This document shows positions 1 through 9,986 of a stretch of DNA of 32,978 nt, piece after piece. Each line of letters starts with the position of its first letter. The stretch's first letter is position 1. Source of the stretch: a bacterium. GTDB lineage: Bacteria; Bacteroidota; Ignavibacteria; Kapaibacteriales; UBA961. The DNA lies in the NCBI GenBank assembly GCA_046093685.1, contig JBJTFZ010000166.1, positions 1 through 32,978 on the forward strand. Direction: 5' to 3'. The position numbers and the translations under genes are program-made. The notes under the pieces were generated by a model. That model had not been told where the DNA came from. It did not search any database and worked only from the letters and a program-made list of their open reading frames with translations.

Positions 1-188
1 TTTCAACATAGATAAGAGTGAAATTTTGGGTTTCGACGAAAAAAAAACAGTCCGGAAGTTTAATCTTTTGGAACGGTTTTTGCTGGGTCGAAATGCATGT
101 ATTGTATCGTCATCATGGCGATGAGATACTCGAAATATTGATAAGTAATTGAAATACATAGTTTTAACGATCATTTATTGGAGTTCAC

Positions 189-764
189 ATGAAAACACGT
201 TTAGGCACTTTGCTTGTGTTTTTTATCCTTGCAGGATTTGGCTTTGCTTCCCAGAGCCTTAATGCTCAGACTTATAACTTGAAGAACTGGGTCATTGCGG
301 GTGGTGGAGCAATGTCGATGTCTGTGGGCAATGGCATGAAGATGCATGGAACAATCGGCCAATATGCTGTTGGTTCGGTTGACCAGGGTAGTAACAAATT
401 GTTTATTGGATTCTGGGGTCCTAAAGAAGAGACTTCAACAACTGGAGTTGATGACAATACACCGGCAATTTCCGGAACAAGCGTCATTTCAAATTATCCG
501 AATCCATTTTCCATGTTGACAACAATCAACTATACAGTTCCTCAGAGTGCTGTATTGACAATTCGCGTTGTGGACATGGTTGGTCGTGAAGTAAGAATGT
601 TAATCAACAATGAGTATGCAGAATCCGGCAATCATTCCGTTCAATGGGATGCAAAAGATGATGCAGGCTCTGAAGTAAGTGCAGGTAATTATGTATGCGA
701 GATGTCACTCACATTGAATGGTGAAGTACTGAAAGCTCGCGTTCCAATGTTGCTTGTAAAATAA
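189..764 (+). CDS. Small secreted protein with T9SS type A / FlgD-Ig-like C-terminal sorting domain
   Basis: Signal peptide ending LNA|Q. Short N-domain WVIAGGG...GTIGQ...LFIGFW, then a T-rich linker. C-terminal NYPNPFS...TTINYTVP...IRVVDMVGREVRML...HSVQWDAKDDAGSEVSAGNY...MLLVK is typical of T9SS CTDs. Confidence 0.85.
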   Translation: MKTRLGTLLVFFILAGFGFASQSLNAQTYNLKNWVIAGGGAMSMSVGNGMKMHGTIGQYAVGSVDQGSNKLFIGFWGPKEETSTTGVDDNTPAISGTSVISNYPNPFSMLTTINYTVPQSAVLTIRVVDMVGREVRMLINNEYAESGNHSVQWDAKDDAGSEVSAGNYVCEMSLTLNGEVLKARVPMLLVK

Positions 765-817
765 TTTTTGAATGTAAAGTATAGTATAATTTTTATTTTC
801 TTTTCGGAGTTATCAGC

Positions 818-3800
818 ATGAGAAAAGGTTTTCTTGTTGGCTTGGCAGCAACCAGTGCATTGGCTTTGCCGATTAGCAATGTTGAGGCGCAAGTCCCTCG
901 TTTCATCACGTTCCAGGGTGTTTTGCTTGATGCAAACAATAAGCCTGTAGCGGATGGATCTTATTCAGTTCAAGTTTCATTGTATGAAACAGCATCCGGT
1001 GGGGCACCTGTTTATGTTGAATTGGCCACAGCGGTCACTTCAGGTGGTGCATTCTCCGTAGTGCTTGGTTCAGGCGCTCCTCTTCCTGCAAGTGTAGATT
1101 TCAAAGCAGGTTACTGGGCAGAGGTTAAGGTAGGTAATAATCCTCCAATGCCTCGCATGAAAATGACAACAACCGGTTATGCTTTTGCAGCTGACTATGC
1201 ATACAATGCAGCGAACGCTGCAAATGCAGCAAATGCAACATTTGCAGCAACAGCAGGTACAGCAGCTCCTTCAGGACCTGCAGGCGGAGATTTGACAGGT
1301 ACATATCCTAATCCTGAAATCAAAGCAGGTGCAGTTGGCGCAGCTGAAATTGCAGACGGTTCAATTGAACAAAGACACTTCTCAGCAAATTTGACATTTC
1401 CTCCTACAGGCCCTGCAGGTGGAGATTTGACAGCATTTTATCCAAATCCAAAGATTGCAGTTGGCGCGGTGAAAACCGTTCACATCGGTGATCTTCAAGT
1501 TATTGAGCAAAAATTGGCAACAGGCGCAGTTTCATCAAGAGCAATTCTTGATGGTACAATCGCTACAGCCGATCTTGCAGACGGTGCAGCAACCACAGCT
1601 AAAATTGCTGATGGCACAATTGCTCCAGTTGACCTTAACACAGGTTCAACAACTGCAGGCGCAAATAAATTGCTCATGGCTTCAGGTTCCAACTCACAAG
1701 AATGGTTGAATGCTCCTTCAACAGCTCATCAATCATTGCATTGGGATGGTACTTCAGTAAGCTGGAGAAAACTCACACCATCAACATTTGCAACTGAAAC
1801 AAACACAGCAGCAAACACAACAAGTGGTGTTGGTTTGAATCGTTTGCTCATGGGTACAAGCACTGACAATGGTGCAGGTGGAACACAAGGCTGGTTGAAT
1901 GCTCCAACATCAAATCGTAATGTTCTTCGTTACAATTTGGCAAGCAATTCACTCCAGTGGTCACCAAACAATGCTCTTGATTTCCCAATCGATGAAACCG
2001 GCAATCTTGCAGGTACAATGTTCAGATTGACAAATCAAGGTGCAGGCAATACCGGTGAATTCAACAATTCCAGCACAGGAACAGCAGTTGCTGCATCCAA
2101 TACAGGTAGCGGTAATGGTATTTCTTCACAAAGCAATACCGGTACAGCAATCGTAGCCAGCAGTTTGGTTGGTACAGCATTGAATGCTTCAACACAAAAT
2201 TCAGTTGGTAATACTGCAACAATCAATCACGGTGGTATTTCCGGAACTGCATTGAATGTTACACCATCAAATCCTGGTGCAACAGCAAGCGCAACCGGTA
2301 TCAATGTCACAAACTCTACACTTGGTTCATCCATCACTGTTAACAGCAATCCTACAAACTTGACATCAGTCGGTTCAGCAGCGGTTGCAGTTACACAAAA
2401 TGGCCGTGGCGAAGGTATCACAGTCAATAAGACTCGTGGTAATGCCGATAACACAACAGCCGGTGTATCAGTGACAATGGCTACAGGTTCTTCAGGAAAT
2501 GCAATTTCTGTTTCTTCAGGAAGCACATCTCCTGCAGTAAGCATTGCATCAACAAATGGTGCAGCTGCAATGGCAGTGTCAGGAAACATCAATCAGACTT
2601 CCGGCACAGCAACATTGGGCAATACAACAACAGGTACATTGAATGCAGGTAATACCGTTGTTGCAGGTACATTGAATGCAGGTGCTTCAACATTGGCTTC
2701 AGCAATCGTAACCGGCAATACAAATACCGGTTCATTGACATCAGGCACAGCGAATATCAATGGTGGAGCAAATATCAACACTGCTTCAACAGCAGTTGGT
2801 AATGCAACAAATATTGGTAATACTGGCAATCCTGTTTCAATCACAGGTAACACAGTTGGTGTAACCGGAACAACAACATTCACAGGTACAACCAGTGTAA
2901 ACGGTGGTGCATTGAATGCAAATGGCGGTTTGAATGCATCTTCCGCAACAGTTGCAGGTAACACAACTTCAGGTTCGCTGAATGTTTCAGGCCAGTCAAC
3001 ACTTGGTGCAACCAATATCGTTGGTGCAACAAATATCAATACAACTGGTGGAACAGCCACAACTACCATCGGTGGTGTGAATGGTGCTAATGTTGCAGCA
3101 GTTAATATTGCTGGTCCAATGACAGCAAGCAATGGATCCACATTGAGTGGTGGTGCTACCGTTAACGGTGGTGCAACTGTAAATGGTGGTGCTGCAATCA
3201 ATGGTGGTGCTACAATCAGTGGCACAACATCAGTAACAGGTCCAACAACAATCAACACAACCGGTACAAACACAACATCAATCGGTAATACCGGTGCTCA
3301 AACAACCATCACAGGTGGTGGTGGAGCAGTAGGTGTTGCAGTCGTTGGTAATTCAAGAGTCACAGGTAACTTGAATGTTACAGGTATCTTGTCTGCAGGT
3401 CAAATTGCATATACATCAAGTAATGCAGATCCAACCATCACAGTACAAAATACAGGTTCCGGTGCAGCAGCAGCATTCAACAATGCAGGCGCTGCAACAA
3501 CCGTTACAATTTCAGCAGGTACAGGCAATGCTCTTGGTGTACAAGGCAATGCAACAGTATCCGGCAATACAACAACCGGTACACTTAACTCAGGTTCAGC
3601 AACAGTATCCGGTAATACAACAACCGGCACATTGAATGCAGGTACAACTACACTTGGTAGTACCACAACAGGAACATTGCAGTCAGGTACAACAACAGTT
3701 GGTACATCAGCAAGCAATGCAAATCTTACCGTTAATGGAAATGCATCTGTAACAGGTAAGACAACAACAGGTACTTTGGATGCAGGTACAACCGTTATCG

Positions 3801-6800
3801 GTGGTGGTTCTGCAGCAACCGGTGCAGCATTGACTGTGAATGGAAATACCACAACAGGTACATTGAATGCAGGTAATACAGCAGTTAATGGTACACTTGG
3901 AGTTCAAGGTACAACCAATATCAACACTGCAGGTACTGCTTCAACATTCATTGGTAATTCAACAGGTGGAACGACCATCAATGGTCCTATCACTGCCGGT
4001 GCAACAAATATGTCAGCATTGACTGTTACAGGTCAATCAACACTTGCTGCAACAAATATCACCGGTACAACAAATATCAATACAAGCAATACTGCAACAA
4101 CACAAATCGGTAATGCCGTTAGCAATACCATTGTTGATGGTGCATTGCGCGTAAATGGTATCACAACTTTCGCAAACACAATCAATCAAACTGTTGGTAC
4201 AGCCACACTTGGTAATACCACAACAGGTACATTGAATGCAGGTGCATCTACACTTGCTTCAGCATCGGTTACAGGTAATACCACAACCGGTACATTGAAT
4301 TCAGGTACAACAGTTATTGGTGGTGGTTCAGCAGCAGGTTCTTCTGCATTGACTGTCAACGGTAGCTCAACAGTTACAGGTGCATTGGCAGCAGGTGCAA
4401 CAACCATTACTGGTGCATTGAATCAAAGTGGTGGAACAGCAACTCTTGGCAATACCACAACAGGTACATTGTCAGCAGGTGTTACAAATATCACAGGCGA
4501 TGCAACAATCACAAATGGTAGCTTGGCAGTAAAATCCGGCACACCAACAGTGAATCGCTTCACAGTTGATGGAACAAATGGTAATACTGTTGTTTCAGGT
4601 ACATTGAATGCAGGTGCCACAACAATTACAGGTAACCTGACTCAAAGTGGTGGAACAGCAAGTCTTGGCAATACCTCAACAGGTACATTGTCAGCCGGTG
4701 CTACAACTGCATCAAGCCTTGCACTTGGTGGTGCCACACTCGGAACAAATGTTCTTGCAGCAACAGGCACAGCAGCTATCAGTGGCAATACAACAGTTGG
4801 TGGAACACTTGGTGTTACAGGTCTTTCAACAATGAATGGTGGTGCAAATGTCAATGGTGCTACAAATGTTCGTGATGGCAACTTGACAGTTGGCACAACT
4901 TCACCTTCAGCAACAAACTTCACAGTAACACCTGCAGGTAACACAACAGTTGGTGGAACACTCGGTGTAACCGGTGCTTCAACATTGACAGGTCTTGCAA
5001 CAATGAATGGTGGTGCCACAGTAAATGGCGCTACTAATGTTACAGGTACAACTAATATCAATACAACCGGTACTAATACAACAACAATCGGTAACAATGG
5101 TGCCGCAACAGTTGTCGCTGGCGGTTTGACTGTTAGCGGTGCTAATCCTACTGGAAGTTCAGCTCTTGTTGTTAATAATACGACACAAACAGGTGCTCTC
5201 GAAGTTGTTAATAATGCGCTTGTTGGTGGTACACTAACAGTTGAAGGCAATGGATTTTTCGAAGATAACTTGGATGTTACAAATGGAGCATCAATCGGTG
5301 GTAACACTACAATTGGTGGTACTCTTGGCGTAACAGGTGCTTCAACATTGACAGGTGCAGCCACTATGAATGGTGGTGCAACAGTAAATGGTGCCACAGC
5401 ATTGAACGGTGCTTCAACATTGACAGGTGTAACCAAAATCAATAATACCGGTACCGCAACAACAACTATCGGTAACAATACAACTACAACCAATCCAACT
5501 GTAGAAGTTCTTGGTAATGTGATTGTAAACGGTGGTGTAAGCAATGGTAACACTTCTGTTGGAAATTCAACAGGAAATGGTACAGTCACCATCCAAACCG
5601 GAGATCTTGGTGAGATCAATGTTATCGGTGAATTGAACATCAATAGACAAGGTTCAGTCACACAAACAACACCTACATATATTGGTAGCCAGTATAACCC
5701 TGTAACCATCTATGATGCATTCATCGAGAAAGATCTTGATGTCCGTGAAGACTTCAATGTTGATGGTACAACAACTTTGGCAGTAACACAAATTGATGGT
5801 ACTGTTGATGTGGTTGGCGCAACCACAGTTGTTGGAACAACAAATATCAACTCACTCGGTTCAGCAGCAACTACACTTGGTAATACAAGCGCACAAATGA
5901 CCATCCGTGGTGGAAATGGCGGCGCAGACGGTGTATCAATTGTTGGTAATACAAGAGTGACCGGTAACTTCAATGTTACAGGCATCATGTCTGCAGGTCA
6001 AATTGCTTATACATCAAGCAATAATGATCCAACCATAACAGTACAAAACACAGGTACAGGATCAGCTGCATCATTCAACAATGCAAGTGCTACAAATCCA
6101 ACATTGACAGTAGCAAATTCAGGTGCAGGTGCATCACTTCAAGTGAATGGTACATCAAACTTTGCTAACACCATTACACAAACTGCAGGTACTGCAAACT
6201 TGCGTTCAACCGCAATCACAGGAACAGCAGATGTATCCGGTGCAGCAACTGTAGGCGGAACACTTGGTGTAACAGGTCTTACAACCATGAACGGTGGAGC
6301 TACAGTAAACGGTACAACTACTGCAAATGGTACAACAAACATCAATACCGGTGCAAATGCAACTGGTACCAACATTGGTAATAGTGCAAGCACAACAACA
6401 GTTCTTGGTACAGTAAACATCAACAGAACAGGTTCAGGCGCGACCGTTATTGGTAATGGTACAAGCGGAACAACAGTTGGTGGTACTCTCACAGTTGATG
6501 GAACTTCAACATTGACAGGTCTCGCCACTATGAATGGTGGTGCATCTGTCACAGGTGCTACAAATATCAATACGGGAGCTTCCACAGGTAATACCAATAT
6601 TGGTAATACAACAGGTGGAACTGTCACAATCCTTGGTACTCAAGAGCACAGAGGTGCAACATCCATCAATACAACAGGAAGCGCAGGAACATCCATCGGT
6701 AATGCAACAAGTGCAACATCAGTTGGTGGAACACTCGGTGTAACCGGCCTTGCAACCATGAGCAATGGTGCAACAGTTAATGGTGCAGCACTTACAGCAA

Positions 6801-9800
6801 ATGCAGGTGCTACAGTTGCCAATGGTTTGACAGTATCAAGTGGATCAACTTCTGTTGGTACATTGGGTGCAGGTGCAACATCGGTATCTACCCTCAATGT
6901 TAATGGTGCAACTCTTGGCTCAAATAGATTGGCAGTCAATGGAAGCGCAGATGTTTCCGGAGCTACCACAGTTGGTGGAACACTCGGTGTGTCCGGTCTT
7001 TCATCTTTGAGCGGTGGTGCTACAGTTACCGGTGCAACTTCCATCAATACAACAGGAAGTGCAGGAACAACCATCGGTAATGCATCAAGTGCAACATCAG
7101 TTGGTGGAACACTCGGTGTAACCGGCCTTGCAACCATGAGCAATGGTGCAACAGTCAACGGTGCAGCACTTACAGCAAATGCAGGTGCTACAGTTGCCAA
7201 TGGTTTGACAGTATCAAGCGGTACAACATCAGTTGGTGCTTTGTCCGCAGGTGCAACAACCCTTACCGGTCTCACAAACATCAATACAAGTTCAACAGGA
7301 AATACCAATATCGGTAATGCAACCGGTACCACAACAATTGCCGGTACAACCGACATCAATGTTACAGGTACTGCTCTTACAAGAATTGGTAATTCAACTG
7401 GCGCTGGTTCAGCAACACAAGTAAATGGTACTCTTGCAGTTTCAGGTGCAACAACACTTGCGTCAGCAGGCGTAACTGGTGCTTTGACAGCCGGATCACT
7501 TGCGGTTAATGGTGCTGTACTTGGTGGAAATGCTTTTGCAGTACAAGGTACATCAAATGTTTCCGGTAACTCAACTGTTGGTGGAAACCTTACAGTGACC
7601 GGTTCATCAACTTCAGGTAATGGTGCTACAATCAATGGTGCAGCGCTTACAGCAAATGCAGGTGCTACAATCAATGGTGGTGGTACAATCAACGGTGGTG
7701 CTACTGTTTCCGGTACAACAAATATCAATACCTCAGGTACTGCAACAACAACAATTGGTAATGCAGCAGGCCCAGGAGCAGTTGTCCTCAATGGTGGTAC
7801 AACAATCAACAATGGTGGTACAATCAATGGTGGTGCAACAGTCAATGGTGCAGTGCTTACAGCAAATGCAGGTGCAACAGTCAATGGCGCAGTGCTTACA
7901 GCAAATGCAGGTGCTACAGTTGCCAATGGTTTGACAGTATCAAGCGGTACAACATCAGTTGGTACTTTGACTGCAGGTGCTACAACACTTACCGGTCTTA
8001 CAAACATCAACACATCCGCAACAGGAAATACCAATATCGGTAATGCAACAGGTACCACAACAATTGCCGGGACAACCGACATCAATGTCACAGGTACTGC
8101 TCTTACAAGAATTGGTAATTCAACTGGTGCTGGTTCAGCAACACAAGTAAATGGTACTCTTGCAGTTTCAGGTGCTTCAACATTGGCATCTGCTACTGTT
8201 ACTGGTGCAACAAATATCAATACCACTGGTACTGCAACCACAACAATTGGTAATGCAGCAGGTCCTGGTGCAGTTGTCCTCAATGGTGGTACAACCATCA
8301 ACAATGGTGGTACAGTCAATGGTGGTTTGACAGTAGCAACAGGTTCAACTTCAGTTGGAACTTTGAGCGCAGGCGCTACAACAGTAGTTGGTACAACAAA
8401 TATCAATGCTACTGGTACAGCATCAACAAATATTGGTAATGCAACAGGCGGTACAACAATCGTTGGACCTACAACACACACAGGTGCTACAACAATAAAT
8501 GGTGGTTTGCTTGATGTAAATGCAGGTGCAGATGTAACTGGTGGTCTTACAGTCAGCGGTGGTGGTTTGAATGTTACATCCGGTGGTGCAAGTATCACAG
8601 GTACATTATCTTCATCACAACTTGCAACATTTAGTAATGGTGCAACAGTTAACGGTGCAGTTCTTGATGTTAACAATGGCGCAGACATTTCCGGTGGATC
8701 TGGACTTGTTGTTTCCGGTGGTGGTGCAAATGTCACCGGTGGCTTGATAGTAGCTACAGGCAACATGTCTACATCAGCAGGTACAATCACAGCAAGCAAT
8801 GGCTTGATAGCAACCACAGGTGGTGTTACAGCAACAGCAGGTGGTGTTACAGCAACAGCAGGCGGTGTTACAGCAACAGCTGGTGGCTTTACAGCGAGAA
8901 ATGGTGGTGGAATCACAGTATCTGACGGTGCTCCCGGAACAACCAGATTCTCTGTTGATGGAACAAATGGTAACACAGTTGTTGGTGGTACATTGAATGC
9001 AGGTGCTTCAACATTGGCTTCTGCTTCAGTAACAGGTGCTTTGAGCGCTGCAACAGGTACTATCAATGGTGGTTTGGCTGCAGGTTCTGAGTTCACAGTG
9101 AATGGTGATGCTGATGTTACATTGACACTTGATGTAACAGGCGCAACTTCACTTGGTTCAACACTAGGTGTAACCGGACTATCCACATTGAGCGGTGGTG
9201 CAACAATTACCGGTGTTACATCCATCAATGGTGGTGCCTCAGCATCAGCGACAACAATCGGTAATGTTGCAAGTGCTACAACAGTTGGTGGAACACTTAC
9301 ATCTTCCGGTTTGCTCACAGCAAGCAATGGTTTGAGTGTGACCGGTACAACAAGCATGTCGGGACTTTTAACCACAGCAACAGGTATTACCAACAATTCC
9401 GGTAATATCATCAGTTATACCGGTGGTAATCTAAACTTGTATTCAAGTGCTCCCGGCGATCCTTTGGACCTGAAATTTACAGTAGCTGGTGCAACAGGTA
9501 ATACTCAAACCGATGGTTCACTTCAAGTTGACGGTGGTATTACTGCATCAAATGGTATTACCGCATCAACAGGTGGGGTAACAGCATCGACCGGAACAAT
9601 CAGAGCAACTGCTGGTCAAGTTAGAGCAGGTACCGGATTCCTTGCTGATGCAGGTGGTGTTCAATTCACTGGTAAACTTCAAAGTAATGTTGTTAATGTT
9701 CTTGCTGCAGGAGATCTCGATCCTGTAAATGGTGCAGTATTCCAAATTTTAAATACTTCAGGAGTAGCATGGGACTTGGCAAGTATCAATGTTGCAAATG

Positions 9801-9940
9801 CCCAGCCTGGTATGGTTATTTGGATTTATGACCAAGATGGTGAACTAAATATTACTGGAACATATGACCTGCCTGCAAATCAAGTTGCTTGCTGTGTATA
9901 TGTAAACGGTGCTTGGAGACTTGTTAATACAGATATCTAA
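818..9940 (+). CDS. Giant (3040 aa) secreted beta-strand-repeat fibre/adhesin-like protein
   Basis: Signal peptide ending VEA|Q. N-domain ITFQGVLLD...GSYSVQVSLY...FSVVLG...PRMKMTTTGYA resembles FCB tail-fibre-like proteins. Two PxGPAGGDLTxxYPNPxI motifs and AKIADG repeats follow, then about 2500 aa of G/T/N/A/S/V repeats and a short globular C-terminus ending YVNGAWRLV. Strong GGT/ACA/GCA/AAT codon bias. Confidence 0.85.
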   Translation: MRKGFLVGLAATSALALPISNVEAQVPRFITFQGVLLDANNKPVADGSYSVQVSLYETASGGAPVYVELATAVTSGGAFSVVLGSGAPLPASVDFKAGYWAEVKVGNNPPMPRMKMTTTGYAFAADYAYNAANAANAANATFAATAGTAAPSGPAGGDLTGTYPNPEIKAGAVGAAEIADGSIEQRHFSANLTFPPTGPAGGDLTAFYPNPKIAVGAVKTVHIGDLQVIEQKLATGAVSSRAILDGTIATADLADGAATTAKIADGTIAPVDLNTGSTTAGANKLLMASGSNSQEWLNAPSTAHQSLHWDGTSVSWRKLTPSTFATETNTAANTTSGVGLNRLLMGTSTDNGAGGTQGWLNAPTSNRNVLRYNLASNSLQWSPNNALDFPIDETGNLAGTMFRLTNQGAGNTGEFNNSSTGTAVAASNTGSGNGISSQSNTGTAIVASSLVGTALNASTQNSVGNTATINHGGISGTALNVTPSNPGATASATGINVTNSTLGSSITVNSNPTNLTSVGSAAVAVTQNGRGEGITVNKTRGNADNTTAGVSVTMATGSSGNAISVSSGSTSPAVSIASTNGAAAMAVSGNINQTSGTATLGNTTTGTLNAGNTVVAGTLNAGASTLASAIVTGNTNTGSLTSGTANINGGANINTASTAVGNATNIGNTGNPVSITGNTVGVTGTTTFTGTTSVNGGALNANGGLNASSATVAGNTTSGSLNVSGQSTLGATNIVGATNINTTGGTATTTIGGVNGANVAAVNIAGPMTASNGSTLSGGATVNGGATVNGGAAINGGATISGTTSVTGPTTINTTGTNTTSIGNTGAQTTITGGGGAVGVAVVGNSRVTGNLNVTGILSAGQIAYTSSNADPTITVQNTGSGAAAAFNNAGAATTVTISAGTGNALGVQGNATVSGNTTTGTLNSGSATVSGNTTTGTLNAGTTTLGSTTTGTLQSGTTTVGTSASNANLTVNGNASVTGKTTTGTLDAGTTVIGGGSAATGAALTVNGNTTTGTLNAGNTAVNGTLGVQGTTNINTAGTASTFIGNSTGGTTINGPITAGATNMSALTVTGQSTLAATNITGTTNINTSNTATTQIGNAVSNTIVDGALRVNGITTFANTINQTVGTATLGNTTTGTLNAGASTLASASVTGNTTTGTLNSGTTVIGGGSAAGSSALTVNGSSTVTGALAAGATTITGALNQSGGTATLGNTTTGTLSAGVTNITGDATITNGSLAVKSGTPTVNRFTVDGTNGNTVVSGTLNAGATTITGNLTQSGGTASLGNTSTGTLSAGATTASSLALGGATLGTNVLAATGTAAISGNTTVGGTLGVTGLSTMNGGANVNGATNVRDGNLTVGTTSPSATNFTVTPAGNTTVGGTLGVTGASTLTGLATMNGGATVNGATNVTGTTNINTTGTNTTTIGNNGAATVVAGGLTVSGANPTGSSALVVNNTTQTGALEVVNNALVGGTLTVEGNGFFEDNLDVTNGASIGGNTTIGGTLGVTGASTLTGAATMNGGATVNGATALNGASTLTGVTKINNTGTATTTIGNNTTTTNPTVEVLGNVIVNGGVSNGNTSVGNSTGNGTVTIQTGDLGEINVIGELNINRQGSVTQTTPTYIGSQYNPVTIYDAFIEKDLDVREDFNVDGTTTLAVTQIDGTVDVVGATTVVGTTNINSLGSAATTLGNTSAQMTIRGGNGGADGVSIVGNTRVTGNFNVTGIMSAGQIAYTSSNNDPTITVQNTGTGSAASFNNASATNPTLTVANSGAGASLQVNGTSNFANTITQTAGTANLRSTAITGTADVSGAATVGGTLGVTGLTTMNGGATVNGTTTANGTTNINTGANATGTNIGNSASTTTVLGTVNINRTGSGATVIGNGTSGTTVGGTLTVDGTSTLTGLATMNGGASVTGATNINTGASTGNTNIGNTTGGTVTILGTQEHRGATSINTTGSAGTSIGNATSATSVGGTLGVTGLATMSNGATVNGAALTANAGATVANGLTVSSGSTSVGTLGAGATSVSTLNVNGATLGSNRLAVNGSADVSGATTVGGTLGVSGLSSLSGGATVTGATSINTTGSAGTTIGNASSATSVGGTLGVTGLATMSNGATVNGAALTANAGATVANGLTVSSGTTSVGALSAGATTLTGLTNINTSSTGNTNIGNATGTTTIAGTTDINVTGTALTRIGNSTGAGSATQVNGTLAVSGATTLASAGVTGALTAGSLAVNGAVLGGNAFAVQGTSNVSGNSTVGGNLTVTGSSTSGNGATINGAALTANAGATINGGGTINGGATVSGTTNINTSGTATTTIGNAAGPGAVVLNGGTTINNGGTINGGATVNGAVLTANAGATVNGAVLTANAGATVANGLTVSSGTTSVGTLTAGATTLTGLTNINTSATGNTNIGNATGTTTIAGTTDINVTGTALTRIGNSTGAGSATQVNGTLAVSGASTLASATVTGATNINTTGTATTTIGNAAGPGAVVLNGGTTINNGGTVNGGLTVATGSTSVGTLSAGATTVVGTTNINATGTASTNIGNATGGTTIVGPTTHTGATTINGGLLDVNAGADVTGGLTVSGGGLNVTSGGASITGTLSSSQLATFSNGATVNGAVLDVNNGADISGGSGLVVSGGGANVTGGLIVATGNMSTSAGTITASNGLIATTGGVTATAGGVTATAGGVTATAGGFTARNGGGITVSDGAPGTTRFSVDGTNGNTVVGGTLNAGASTLASASVTGALSAATGTINGGLAAGSEFTVNGDADVTLTLDVTGATSLGSTLGVTGLSTLSGGATITGVTSINGGASASATTIGNVASATTVGGTLTSSGLLTASNGLSVTGTTSMSGLLTTATGITNNSGNIISYTGGNLNLYSSAPGDPLDLKFTVAGATGNTQTDGSLQVDGGITASNGITASTGGVTASTGTIRATAGQVRAGTGFLADAGGVQFTGKLQSNVVNVLAAGDLDPVNGAVFQILNTSGVAWDLASINVANAQPGMVIWIYDQDGELNITGTYDLPANQVACCVYVNGAWRLVNTDI
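6653..7218 (+). repeat. Intragenic near-identical duplication, 6653-6840 vs 7031-7218 (offset 378 bp, in frame)
   Basis: Both copies read ggtgcaac-tccatcaatacaacaggaag...ggtttgacagtatcaag with a few substitutions. Confidence 0.9.
7169..8175 (+). repeat. Intragenic near-identical duplication, 7169-7449 vs 7895-8175 (offset 726 bp, in frame)
   Basis: Both copies run cttacagcaaatgcaggtgctacagttgcc...ctcttgcagtttcaggtgc and encode ...TTDINVTGTALTRIGNSTGAGSATQVNGTLAVSGA. Confidence 0.9.
8819..8881 (+). repeat. Tandem 21-bp repeat x3 (GGVTATA)
   Basis: ggtggtgttacagcaacagca twice, then ggcggtgttacagcaacagct. Confidence 0.95.
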
Positions 9941-9986
9941 TCTGACTAATTAGTTTTTCGTATAATCTAAGTTATCCATTCAATAC

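Noticed and set aside
39-47. A9 tract upstream of the fibre operon as a phase-variation switch
   Set aside because: Similar A/T runs occur in other intergenic regions here, and I cannot place it within a defined promoter.
6653-8314. Diversity-generating retroelement or shufflon repeats
   Set aside because: Differences between copies are not restricted to adenines, all copies are direct and in frame, and there is no reverse transcriptase or invertase.
2035-9411. Long antisense ORFs (up to 923 aa) opposite the giant gene
   Set aside because: They are codon-aligned shadows of the sense gene, whose bias makes reverse stops rare. The Val/Pro/Ala-rich translations have no motifs.
2580-9680. Ice-nucleation or antifreeze protein
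   Set aside because: It is Thr-rich but lacks the regular AGYGSTxT 8/16/48-residue periodicity or a strict TxT array.
818-9940. Prophage tail fibre or contractile injection system component
   Set aside because: It has a Sec signal peptide and host-like codon bias, and no phage, baseplate or integrase genes are nearby.
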